Shown one piece after another: positions 15,514 through 23,402 of a stretch of DNA of 27,958 bases; position 1 is the stretch's first letter; every line of letters starts with the position of its first letter. This DNA is from Candidatus Woesearchaeota archaeon (lineage in GTDB: Archaea > Nanobdellota > Nanobdellia > Pacearchaeales > GW2011-AR1): NCBI GenBank assembly GCA_964366295.1, contig CAYITH010000001.1, positions 1-27,958 of the forward strand, in the 5' to 3' direction. The notes beneath the pieces are model-generated. The model was not told where the DNA came from. It made no database searches and was given only the letters and a program-made list of their open reading frames with translations. Made by a program: the position numbers and the translations under genes.

Positions 15514-15686
15514 ATGGCAAGACTAATTAATGTTTCAGATGAAGTATATGAAAAATTGACAGGATTATTGCTGCTATATGCCTCAAAAATAATATTGAAC
15601 TACTAACATATAACCTTAAACATTCTGAAAGACTGGAGAGTTTTGGACTTATGGGTAATTCTGTTGGTTATATCAAAGGACGCTGA
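15514..15686 (+). pseudogene. Deletion-fused vapBC remnant
   Basis: 15514-15561 encode MARLINVSDEVYEKLT (VapB N-terminus). In another frame 15564-15650 encode IIAAICLKNNIELLTYNLKHSERLESFGL (PIN C-terminus). Neither is in the ORF track. Confidence 0.72.
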
Positions 15687-15721
15687 AAATTTACCAAAAA
15701 TGCGCCTTTGATAGATAGAAG

Positions 15722-15754
15722 AGGACAATAAATCCGGTAGAATATTATTGTCCT
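15722..15754. repeat. 10-bp perfect inverted repeat
   Basis: AGGACAATAA-N13-TTATTGTCCT. Confidence 0.6.
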
Positions 15755-15787
15755 TGACTATAGTATTGTTTTTTCAGAATTATACAG

Positions 15788-15834
15788 ATAGAGAATTCTG
15801 GACAAAATGTATTCTAATTACCAGAATTCTCTAT
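15788..15834. repeat. 14-bp perfect inverted repeat
   Basis: ATAGAGAATTCTGG-N19-CCAGAATTCTCTAT. Confidence 0.75.
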
Positions 15835-15854
15835 ATTTTGGCAAATTAAGTTAA

Positions 15855-16052
15855 TCATTTGTTTTTTAGCCCTCTAATAGATCTTAACTTTTCTTCTCCG
15901 TTTTGCATTCGAGCTATCTTTTTCAATGCTCTTTGCGCCATCTCAAGCTGAGAGTTTATGAATGCGGAGTGCTGTTTTTTCCAAGTCTTGTCAGTCAGGA
16001 CAAATTTTGCCCAGCGTTCTATCTGTTCTGAATGAGAGGAGTCATGCGTCAT
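15855..16052 (-). CDS. Small helical hypothetical protein (65 aa), likely partner of the nucleotidyltransferase-like gene
   Basis: SHSEQIERWAKFV..W.K.H..FINSQ. Same strand as and directly downstream of the NTase gene once the inserted element is removed. Confidence 0.7.
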   Translation of the reverse strand: MTHDSSHSEQIERWAKFVLTDKTWKKQHSAFINSQLEMAQRALKKIARMQNGEEKLRSIRGLKNK

Positions 16053-16057
16053 TTTAT

Positions 16058-16198
16058 TTCAAAATTTGGGTTTAATACCTCGCAGCTTGCTGCGAATTTT
16101 GAAAGACTGAAAATGCTGGTTGTCGAAGACAAAAAAATTTGCGATGAATACCCTACAGCTTGCTGCGGAGTTAGCAAATTTTTAAGCATTTTCTTTAT
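16058..16198 (+). mobile_element. Non-autonomous palindromic element, copy 2
   Basis: 88/89 nt identical to copy 3 over 16052-16140. TTTAT at 16053-16057 and 16194-16198. Removal rejoins the NTase stop and the next ATG. Confidence 0.8.
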
Positions 16199-16764
16199 TC
16201 TTTCATCCTTAATTTAATTATTTTATCTTTAATATTCCGAATTTCCGCTTCATTAATTTGTTCGGCGTAGATAATACGAAGGTGTTTTGCATCTTCCAAG
16301 TCTTTCTCTGACTTTAGATATTCTTCCTTAAATGCTATATTCATTTCTATGCTTGAAAACCATAAATCCAAGCCGGTAAAAGGAAGTTTTTTTCTTGTTT
16401 TTAACTGCAGTTCATCTAGAGAATCTTTTGCAAACTTGAGTTCCATTTCAGGCAAAAATTCTCCTTTTCTTATATAGCGAACACTCAATCCAGCGGACAA
16501 ATAGTCACTATAGATTTTTTCCGGCGAAGCTGACTGCATGCACTCAAAACCGGATTTTTCCAGCCAATTATGCAGCAGCACAAACCTCTCACGAGGTATC
16601 TTTTCTATTATCATGTCTATATCTTCTGTGCCGCGGCTCCTGCCGTGGGCAATTGCGACAAAACCAGAGACTATAATGTATTTGCAGTATTTTTCTACTT
16701 CTGCTGAAAAGTCTTCTGCGAATTTATCAAGTATGCTTTTGTCATCTATACTGCGTGTTGCCAT
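16195..16764 (-). CDS. Nucleotidyltransferase-superfamily protein (AbiEii/DUF6036-like)
   Basis: YIIVSGFVAIAHGRSRGTEDIDMII matches the G..A...G..R.T.D.D pattern. C-terminal KD..DA..L helix. Confidence 0.7.
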   Translation of the reverse strand: MATRSIDDKSILDKFAEDFSAEVEKYCKYIIVSGFVAIAHGRSRGTEDIDMIIEKIPRERFVLLHNWLEKSGFECMQSASPEKIYSDYLSAGLSVRYIRKGEFLPEMELKFAKDSLDELQLKTRKKLPFTGLDLWFSSIEMNIAFKEEYLKSEKDLEDAKHLRIIYAEQINEAEIRNIKDKIIKLRMKE

Positions 16765-16866
16765 GGATAAAAAAAGCAGGCAGATTATATAAATGTTAGC
16801 GCTATGGGATAGTGTATACTAATTGTCACTGCATAAATTTATATAGTTAAAAATATCTACCTTTTT

Positions 16867-17064
16867 ATGGAACAACAGAGCATCATATTGAGATTAGACA
16901 GAATAGAAGAAACCTTAAGAGAAATAAAAAATAGTATGGTAGATGTAGATGTTATTATAACTGAAGAAGAAAGAGCAATGCTTAATGAAAGTGTAAAAAA
17001 TGAAAAAGAGGGAAATCTTATTTCTTTAGAGGCGATAAAAAATGTTCGAAATAAGGTTAGATAA
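16867..17064 (+). CDS. Putative antitoxin
   Basis: 65 aa, acidic; ITEEE..ML.ES......G.LISLE pattern; overlaps a relE-like gene by 23 nt. Confidence 0.7.
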   Translation: MEQQSIILRLDRIEETLREIKNSMVDVDVIITEEERAMLNESVKNEKEGNLISLEAIKNVRNKVR

Positions 17065-17299
17065 ACAGCCTGAGAATTTTATGAGCAAATGTGAAAATGA
17101 AATTTTTAATAGAATCAATGCTAAACTTGAAACTCTGAAATACAATCCTATTCCTCATGATGCTAAGAGAGTTATAGGTTATGAACTGCCTACATTTAGA
17201 ATTAGAATTGGGAAATACCGGGCTTTATACAGAATTAATTATGAAACGAATATTATCATAGTAGTGAAAATAGATAAAAGAGACAGAGTATATGATTAG
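17042..17299 (+). CDS. RelE/ParE-family toxin
   Basis: L.YNP.P...K.V.G....FRIRIGKYRALYRI......VVKIDKRDRVY. Confidence 0.88.
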   Translation: MFEIRLDKQPENFMSKCENEIFNRINAKLETLKYNPIPHDAKRVIGYELPTFRIRIGKYRALYRINYETNIIIVVKIDKRDRVYD

Positions 17300-17320
17300 G
17301 AGTACCTTTTTACTGCCAGC

Positions 17321-20300
17321 CTACTCTGCCCGCGGCTTTATTATCGCTGTGCAGCTCCGCGGCGTTGGCTCGCTGCCGCTTGTGTCACGGCATCGGATAT
17401 AGAAGGTTTTATCAGTTTTCCAATCAGTGAAATGTTCTGTGCTGTTCTGGAACGGCATGTCTATGCCGTCAGCGATGTTGAAGTTGCAGTTGCTGTTTGA
17501 GTAGGCGCAAGCGCTTTTTTCGTCTGTAACCACTTTTAGGCATCCTTCTACACCACATAGGGAGACGCCTTTTTCATTGTAAAAACGGGCAATACGGGGA
17601 GCTTGCTGGTCTACCTCAAGAGTAAAAGAAGCACTTTTTGTATCTGCGTTTCCACCCAGGTCAATGCACCTTATTGTAAGATTATAAGTTCCTTGGGCGA
17701 GATTTAAGGTTTGGGAGTGCTTGTTACTGCCTGTTGTAAAAAATGGCACGAAGTCGTTCTCGTTTCCTGTTTGGGAGAAGGAACAAGAGGCATCGCCGTT
17801 TGAGGCGCCGTTAGCGGTTTCAACTGAAATTTCAATAGGCGCAACTGAAGAAAATGCCCTTATTGTTCCGTTTGGCTTTATGTCAATTATATTTAGCGTC
17901 TGCGAACCGCGAAGTGTGAAAGGGAAACTTTCTGACATAATGTTTCTGTCTTTTTCTGCTGATAGGGGCTTGTCTTTGCATCTCACAAAAAAGTTATTGT
18001 CTTTTTTGTTTTCCAAGCCGAATAGAGTAGTTTTGCAGGTGAAGACAAGATTATTATTCACTTCAGAGCCGAAAGAACTGCATTGCATTGAATTTTCCAT
18101 GAGAGAAAGGTCTTTATCTTGCCTGCTCCACTTGCATTCAGCAGGCTCATTGATGTAGAATTCTGCTTCTGTCTCGTTCAGATTAAACTGGACAAACTGG
18201 TTGTTTATTATGCTTGTGGCTTCAACTTGAGGAGGCGTTGTGTCTGGCTCCTGCTCAACGCAGAAGCGTATAGCGAACTCGTCGTCATTCACATTTCCGT
18301 TTGCGTCTTTGCATCTTGAGTATAAGGTGAAAGTGCCATCGCTTGGAACTACAACTCCTTCTGCTTCCAGTGAATCTCTCGATGGCAGTTTCATTGTTTG
18401 TGTATGGTTGTATAAGAAAAGATTTGTTTCTCCGAAAAAGAATTTCATTTCGTCAAACTTTCGCGTGTGATTAAAGTCAATCTTGCATTGCGTTGGCTCA
18501 TTTGTTGAGATGCCGAATTGAAGCGGAGTAAATGCCTTTAAGCATCCATCTTCTCTCTCAGTATTAACAATTTTCATTCCCAAGCCAGGAGGCCTTATCT
18601 TAACATCTTTGTATTCATGGTCTTTTGTTAATACATCAGCGAATGGAATTATTGTTGGAGAGTCAACATCTCGTGGATTTACCCATGCGCAGGTATCATT
18701 GCCTGTTCCACTATTAAGAAGCTGGCACGCCTGCCCTAAGCTTCTGCATCTATATTCAGAACATGGTCTAAATTTATCATTATTGCACAGTTCGCAATCT
18801 GCTCCGCCAGTGCGCGGCTCAAACGGCTTGCACTGGAAGTTTATTGTCTGCGTTGTTTCTTTGCGATACATCGCATAAAACACAGCGAAGGCAACTCCTG
18901 CTCCGATGATGCCGGAGACGAGACCTGCATTTGAATTTAAAAAGCCAACTTTACTGCCAAGCCATCCCGCTTTTCCGCCGGTTGTTCCAATCAATCCATA
19001 AGCCGCTTTTCCTGCGAAAATCCCTGCGTAGGTAGCTGCTGAAAGAGCGTTTACTGTTGTTTCATCAACTCCAAACATTCTGCCTCCTGTCTGAATAATT
19101 CCGGCGACAACACCACCCCATACTAATCCTTGAGATGCCTGCCCCAAAAATATGCCCCATGGCTTTGCCCAAAATGTTCCTTTAGTTTCAAACAAACTTA
19201 AAAATTTCTCGCCTTGGAAACCTGCCGGCGCAACGGCTACTGCGAGTGCTGGAAAGCTCTTTAATGCGTTAGGATTTTCTGCATTAAGTTCGTAGAGTTC
19301 TTCGGAAGATAAACTACTACTTTTGTCTTTGTCGTATTTGGTGAATAAATCTAATGAAGAAGATTTGAATGAACTTTGTTCAAAATCGAATTGAGTATAT
19401 TCTGTACCATCGATAAAGGATTTAGAATCGATATCCTCTTGTGTTATACCTGCAAAATTATCCTTATTAAACCCACTAATATCTGAAACTTTCACCAACC
19501 CTGTTTTTCCACTAGTTTGAGAAACATATTGAAAATATTCGTCGTCTTTTCTAATTAAAATCATACCATTTGAATTTATAGAATCTATTTTGTACTCTTT
19601 ATCTGTGATAAATTTATTTGGAATATTTATACCTTTGTTGGTAGTATAACTATCTGGACTTAGCAAAACCTCATCCTCCACTGAGAATAATTTTTTAATA
19701 AACTCTATGAAAGAACCAGCTGTTTCTGCTGCGAAAATTACCCTGCCTGTTGTTTGCTGTGAGAAGGGCGAGGCAGATGCACCTGGAGAAAAGCCGATAG
19801 GGTTTTGGCGGATACTGGAAGCGACACTTACAGAGCCAGTGCAGTCGCTTATTTGAGAGCATAAACTTGTTAATGATTGGTTAAATTCCGGCTTAAGGCA
19901 TTGTTCATTTTCTTCAACATCGCCTTTTCCGCCTTCAAAAAGTTTTTTTTCGTATTTTACAATGCACTGCGCATTGCCTAAAGCGCAAACACCTTCAGAG
20001 TCTCCCGGAGACCAAAACTGAATGCCGGGCTTGACATCGGGCAGGCAAACTCCAGTTCTTCTTATTCCTGTTGTGGTAGTGTTTCCAAAAGCTGTGAGGA
20101 ATTTGGCTTTGTCTGTTTCTACCCATCTGCAATCGCGCTTGTCAGTGTTTTCGCAATCTGATTGTTCTTCTTGGCTTGCACAATCTTGCCAGCGATTTAC
20201 ACGGCAGGCGGCTTGTGAAAAATCGCCTTGTGTTGTTGGAATAGAATCTTCAATGCATTGCTCGTTGCGAAAATCAGCGCACGATTCTAAGACTTCCTCG

Positions 20301-21421
20301 CCAGCATAACAGACATGCTTCCATTGTCTGCTTCCTGTTGTATCTTGGCCTGCGCCAGTTGCGCTGTCGTAAATGCACCAGCTTTCTCCGTGCCTGTAAT
20401 CATTTCCATCTATTGTGTCTTTGCAGTTTAAATTCCTGCAGACATTATCGCCAAAAGTTGGAGCTACTTTGTCTTTTTTTCTGTCAAAAGCAGAGCAGAT
20501 ACTTCCAGCAATATAATCGCAGTTTCCGCAGTTTGCAGGATTTGTGCCGACAGGACAGGCAGAAGCTTTTGGAACAACTTTTTTCCAGTATAGCTTATCA
20601 TTAAATTTTGAGGCTTCATAGATGTTTGCTGCATTTCCGCAAGTATCCACAAAATAGACCTCATCTTTTCCTGGAACGCAGGTTGTTTTTGTTGATGGCC
20701 CGCAGTTAGTTGCTAACTCTTCTGCACTGCATAAGAAGTCTTCATAGAAAGTGGCGTTTGAAGTTATTTTTCCTTCGCTCGCAGTTGGGTTTTTGCAGTT
20801 TGCGCGTGTTGTGAAACTGCAGGTTTTAACAAAGTCCACTTCAAAAACACAGGCGCCCTCGTCTTCATTTTCTGCTATGGCAATGCACTCTGCCTCGCTT
20901 GAAACTGATTGGCGGAAGTCTGTCTGCAGGCCAAATGAAGCCGAGAGTTTCTTGCATCTTGTCAGCGAGACAAAAGAAGCCTGCTTTCCGACAACACAGC
21001 AGCCTTTTTGGCATTGAGGAATATCGCAGTCTTTGTTATCTGCCCAAACACCCCTTGAATCAGCGCAGACTTTCTCCGGAGTTTTTTCAGAGCAAGTGCC
21101 TTCAACGCTGTCATAACAGCACCCTTGCTTGCAGAATGATGTGGCTTCGCAACTCGCTGGCGCTTGGCGGAACGAGGGATTGCAATTTGCAGAGTTGGTA
21201 TTCTGGCAGAACGCCCCAGTGAGAGTTTTTTCACAACAGGTTGTTACTTGTGGAGTTGCAGGAGTGGCTTGTGCTTTAACTGCTGGCGCTGTGGAAGAGG
21301 CAATAATAAATGCAAAAGCAAAAGTTGAAATGAAAAATGTCAGTATTTCAAATAGGGAGATTGCCTGCTTTGCCCGCAATCTTTTTGGTTTGTTCAATAT
21401 CACGCTTTTATTTTTTTTCAT
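17321..21421 (-). CDS. Giant Cys-rich surface/membrane protein A (1366 aa)
   Basis: Basic N-terminus plus QA|ISLFE hydrophobic stretch. Cys-rich region (GESWCIYD, GSRQW, DTCGN), Gly/Ala-rich hydrophobic core, then C-terminal T[ND]E..[AST].C beta-rich repeats. ATG 21421 preferred over GTG 21427. Confidence 0.9.
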   Translation of the reverse strand: MKKNKSVILNKPKRLRAKQAISLFEILTFFISTFAFAFIIASSTAPAVKAQATPATPQVTTCCEKTLTGAFCQNTNSANCNPSFRQAPASCEATSFCKQGCCYDSVEGTCSEKTPEKVCADSRGVWADNKDCDIPQCQKGCCVVGKQASFVSLTRCKKLSASFGLQTDFRQSVSSEAECIAIAENEDEGACVFEVDFVKTCSFTTRANCKNPTASEGKITSNATFYEDFLCSAEELATNCGPSTKTTCVPGKDEVYFVDTCGNAANIYEASKFNDKLYWKKVVPKASACPVGTNPANCGNCDYIAGSICSAFDRKKDKVAPTFGDNVCRNLNCKDTIDGNDYRHGESWCIYDSATGAGQDTTGSRQWKHVCYAGEEVLESCADFRNEQCIEDSIPTTQGDFSQAACRVNRWQDCASQEEQSDCENTDKRDCRWVETDKAKFLTAFGNTTTTGIRRTGVCLPDVKPGIQFWSPGDSEGVCALGNAQCIVKYEKKLFEGGKGDVEENEQCLKPEFNQSLTSLCSQISDCTGSVSVASSIRQNPIGFSPGASASPFSQQTTGRVIFAAETAGSFIEFIKKLFSVEDEVLLSPDSYTTNKGINIPNKFITDKEYKIDSINSNGMILIRKDDEYFQYVSQTSGKTGLVKVSDISGFNKDNFAGITQEDIDSKSFIDGTEYTQFDFEQSSFKSSSLDLFTKYDKDKSSSLSSEELYELNAENPNALKSFPALAVAVAPAGFQGEKFLSLFETKGTFWAKPWGIFLGQASQGLVWGGVVAGIIQTGGRMFGVDETTVNALSAATYAGIFAGKAAYGLIGTTGGKAGWLGSKVGFLNSNAGLVSGIIGAGVAFAVFYAMYRKETTQTINFQCKPFEPRTGGADCELCNNDKFRPCSEYRCRSLGQACQLLNSGTGNDTCAWVNPRDVDSPTIIPFADVLTKDHEYKDVKIRPPGLGMKIVNTEREDGCLKAFTPLQFGISTNEPTQCKIDFNHTRKFDEMKFFFGETNLFLYNHTQTMKLPSRDSLEAEGVVVPSDGTFTLYSRCKDANGNVNDDEFAIRFCVEQEPDTTPPQVEATSIINNQFVQFNLNETEAEFYINEPAECKWSRQDKDLSLMENSMQCSSFGSEVNNNLVFTCKTTLFGLENKKDNNFFVRCKDKPLSAEKDRNIMSESFPFTLRGSQTLNIIDIKPNGTIRAFSSVAPIEISVETANGASNGDASCSFSQTGNENDFVPFFTTGSNKHSQTLNLAQGTYNLTIRCIDLGGNADTKSASFTLEVDQQAPRIARFYNEKGVSLCGVEGCLKVVTDEKSACAYSNSNCNFNIADGIDMPFQNSTEHFTDWKTDKTFYIRCRDTSGSEPTPRSCTAIIKPRAE

Positions 21422-21911
21422 TTGCACTCCTGAAATTAAAGGTTTCTGGACTTCCTTGTGATAGTGTGGAGATATACTGGTTATTTGGGGCTAATAGTAT
21501 TGGCATTAGTTGGGAGTTATTTAAGACAGGTGATAATGCTAAAACATACGGGTTATGGTAATTAGGGGTTTTATAAATGGGGATAGAGTTTATTGGTGGG
21601 AGTGGATTATCTAAAACAGATGATAATGCCCAAACATACTTTTCATCTAAACAAAGAAGTTTAAGAGGATTATTTTTGCAGAAACTGAAGGTTTCTGAAC
21701 TTCCATTTGAAGATAGGGATAGTGCCCAAACATAAGGATTATGTAATTTAATTCCACTAAATAATGGGTAGGAAGATAAATGGTTAATAGGAGATATATC
21801 GCCTAACATGACAGATGAGGCGGATAATGGAAAGGCAAATTGCGAGAAAGTAAAGTTATCTCTAAGCATCATGCGTTCTATTCTATTGTTTTCTGAAACT
21901 AAATTTATCAT
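21408..21911 (-). CDS. Hypothetical repeat-containing protein (167 aa)
   Basis: A stop-free frame fills the gap between the pilin-like gene (stop 21913) and giant gene A. Contains YV[WL]ALS three times and [SP]ETF twice. Confidence 0.5.
   Translation of the reverse strand: MINLVSENNRIERMMLRDNFTFSQFAFPLSASSVMLGDISPINHLSSYPLFSGIKLHNPYVWALSLSSNGSSETFSFCKNNPLKLLCLDEKYVWALSSVLDNPLPPINSIPIYKTPNYHNPYVLALSPVLNNSQLMPILLAPNNQYISTLSQGSPETFNFRSANEKK
21517..21733. repeat. Three degenerate direct repeats at 90/96-nt spacing
   Basis: GATAATGCTAAAACATA (21532), GATAATGCCCAAACATA (21622), GATAGTGCCCAAACATA (21718). Confidence 0.65.
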
Positions 21912-21912
21912 T

Positions 21913-22668
21913 TTATGAGTAGCCATAACCTGGCGGAAAGACACGGCTTCTTACGGCGAATAGCGTTTGTTCGCCAGTTGTGGTGTCTGTTAAAATAAAT
22001 ATTGTGCTTCCTTCTCCTTGGTCGAGCTTTTGCACTTTAATGTGGGGAAACTCTCTCAAATACCCTTCAGCGAAGGCGTCGCCATAACGGGCTTCAAGAT
22101 TTATTATATCTTGGGCAATGAAAAGCAAGTTATAAACCCCTGATGCGACTTTTACATTTAAACCAGAGACAGTTTGTTTTGCATCGCCTTGTGTTAGCGT
22201 GAATACGCTGTTAAGCTTTACTTCGATATTGTTGGGCGTTATTGACAAGGCGAATGGTTTTTCTTCTACTTGAGTGTTTCTTGAGGCGACTCTGGCTTGA
22301 GCGTGGCATTTTGAGACTGCCGGTTTTATAGCTTCGGCTAATGCGGTTTCGGCTTCTGTCTTTAGAACACCGACTTGGGCAGTGCAGGTTTTATAATTTT
22401 CAGAAGTGTAACAAAGATAAGGGAGATTGTTTCCCTGATATGGAAAAGTGTTTTCTATTTTTGGAGTGAAGCCTGAACTGCCAAGTTTTGCCACTGCATC
22501 TGCGACAGCTTTCTGGACGCAGGATTCAATTTCAACCTGCGGAGTTGTCCGCGATATAAGCGGCTTTATTTTTGGATATGAAAATGCAATTATGGCTATT
22601 GCTGCGAGAATAATAATTGCAATTATAACAAACAATGTCACCTGCCCGCGCTTACCTCTTAGATACAT
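21913..22668 (-). CDS. Pilin-like protein with class III (prepilin) signal peptide (251 aa)
   Basis: MYLRGKRG|QVTLFVIIAIIILAAIAIIAF fits the archaeal [KR][GA]|[QILF..][VILS..] plus hydrophobic-helix pattern. Paired Cys (PYLCY...CTAQ). Confidence 0.8.
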   Translation of the reverse strand: MYLRGKRGQVTLFVIIAIIILAAIAIIAFSYPKIKPLISRTTPQVEIESCVQKAVADAVAKLGSSGFTPKIENTFPYQGNNLPYLCYTSENYKTCTAQVGVLKTEAETALAEAIKPAVSKCHAQARVASRNTQVEEKPFALSITPNNIEVKLNSVFTLTQGDAKQTVSGLNVKVASGVYNLLFIAQDIINLEARYGDAFAEGYLREFPHIKVQKLDQGEGSTIFILTDTTTGEQTLFAVRSRVFPPGYGYS

Positions 22669-22725
22669 GTTTTTATGATGGAAATGAGATTTATAAATGT
22701 TGTTTGTCATCTTTACTTTTGAGTT

Positions 22726-23112
22726 TCACCACACCTCAAAATCTAAATTTATATTGGAAAAATCTTTTTTATCGCGAGTTATCAATATAAGCCCTTTGGC
22801 CTTCGCGATAGATGCTATCATGAGATCTGATTCTGCAAGAGGTATTTTTGCTCTTTTCAATCTGGAGAACTCTGCTCCAAAAAATCTGCAAGCATTTGGG
22901 GTAAAGTCTGCTATAGACACTGCGTCGAGTAGAGCATTGATAAGAGAGATGTCCTTGCTAGTATTTGCAGATAAAAATGCTCCTTTAAATAATTCGCATA
23001 AGGTAATTGAAGTTATAAACAAGTCCTTTTTGCCTATAGAGGATATTCTATTTTTTAATGCCGAATCCCCCCTCCAAATATCTATAATGATATTTGTATC
23101 AAGACAATACAT
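22726..23112 (-). CDS. VapC PIN-domain toxin
   Basis: CLDTNIIID, ITLCELFKG, DLMIASIA and LITRDKKDF. Confidence 0.9.
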   Translation of the reverse strand: MYCLDTNIIIDIWRGDSALKNRISSIGKKDLFITSITLCELFKGAFLSANTSKDISLINALLDAVSIADFTPNACRFFGAEFSRLKRAKIPLAESDLMIASIAKAKGLILITRDKKDFSNINLDFEVW

Positions 23113-23339
23113 TATAATTTCACCTCTCTAAGCTTAAATTTTTTTCTGTCTTCATATATTCTCTTTTCTATTTCTCCCCATTCTTTAGACCTATCTTTTA
23201 AGGCTCCAAAAAACTCCATAATACTCTTTTTTGGCTTGGCTTCTGTCAAGGATACTACTGTCTCGGAAAATGATTTTGCACCTTTCAACGCTGCCAGCCG
23301 GGCATATGCTTCATTAGATAAGGAGATAACTTTTACCAT
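23112..23339 (-). CDS. VapB antitoxin (75 aa)
   Basis: MVKVISLSNEAYARL..LKG.KSFSETV; TAATG overlap with vapC. ATG 23339 preferred over the longer track start. Confidence 0.85.
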   Translation of the reverse strand: MVKVISLSNEAYARLAALKGAKSFSETVVSLTEAKPKKSIMEFFGALKDRSKEWGEIEKRIYEDRKKFKLREVKL

Positions 23340-23373
23340 GCATACGCATATGCATACACCTATATAAATCTTT
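23340..23373 (-). promoter_or_regulatory. BRE/TATA promoter and GCATA-repeat operator candidate; probably a leaderless transcript
   Basis: Minus strand reads AAAGA-TTTATATA-N21-ATG. The spacer contains GCATA x3 and the palindrome GCATATGC. Confidence 0.55.
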
Positions 23374-23402
23374 TCTTTATTAAAAAACAATTGTTTTGTT
23401 TT

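Noticed and set aside
16032-16217. Plus-strand ORFs reading through element copies (16032-16217 and 27689-27928)
   Set aside because: They are translations of the non-coding palindromic element and overlap real genes on the opposite strand.
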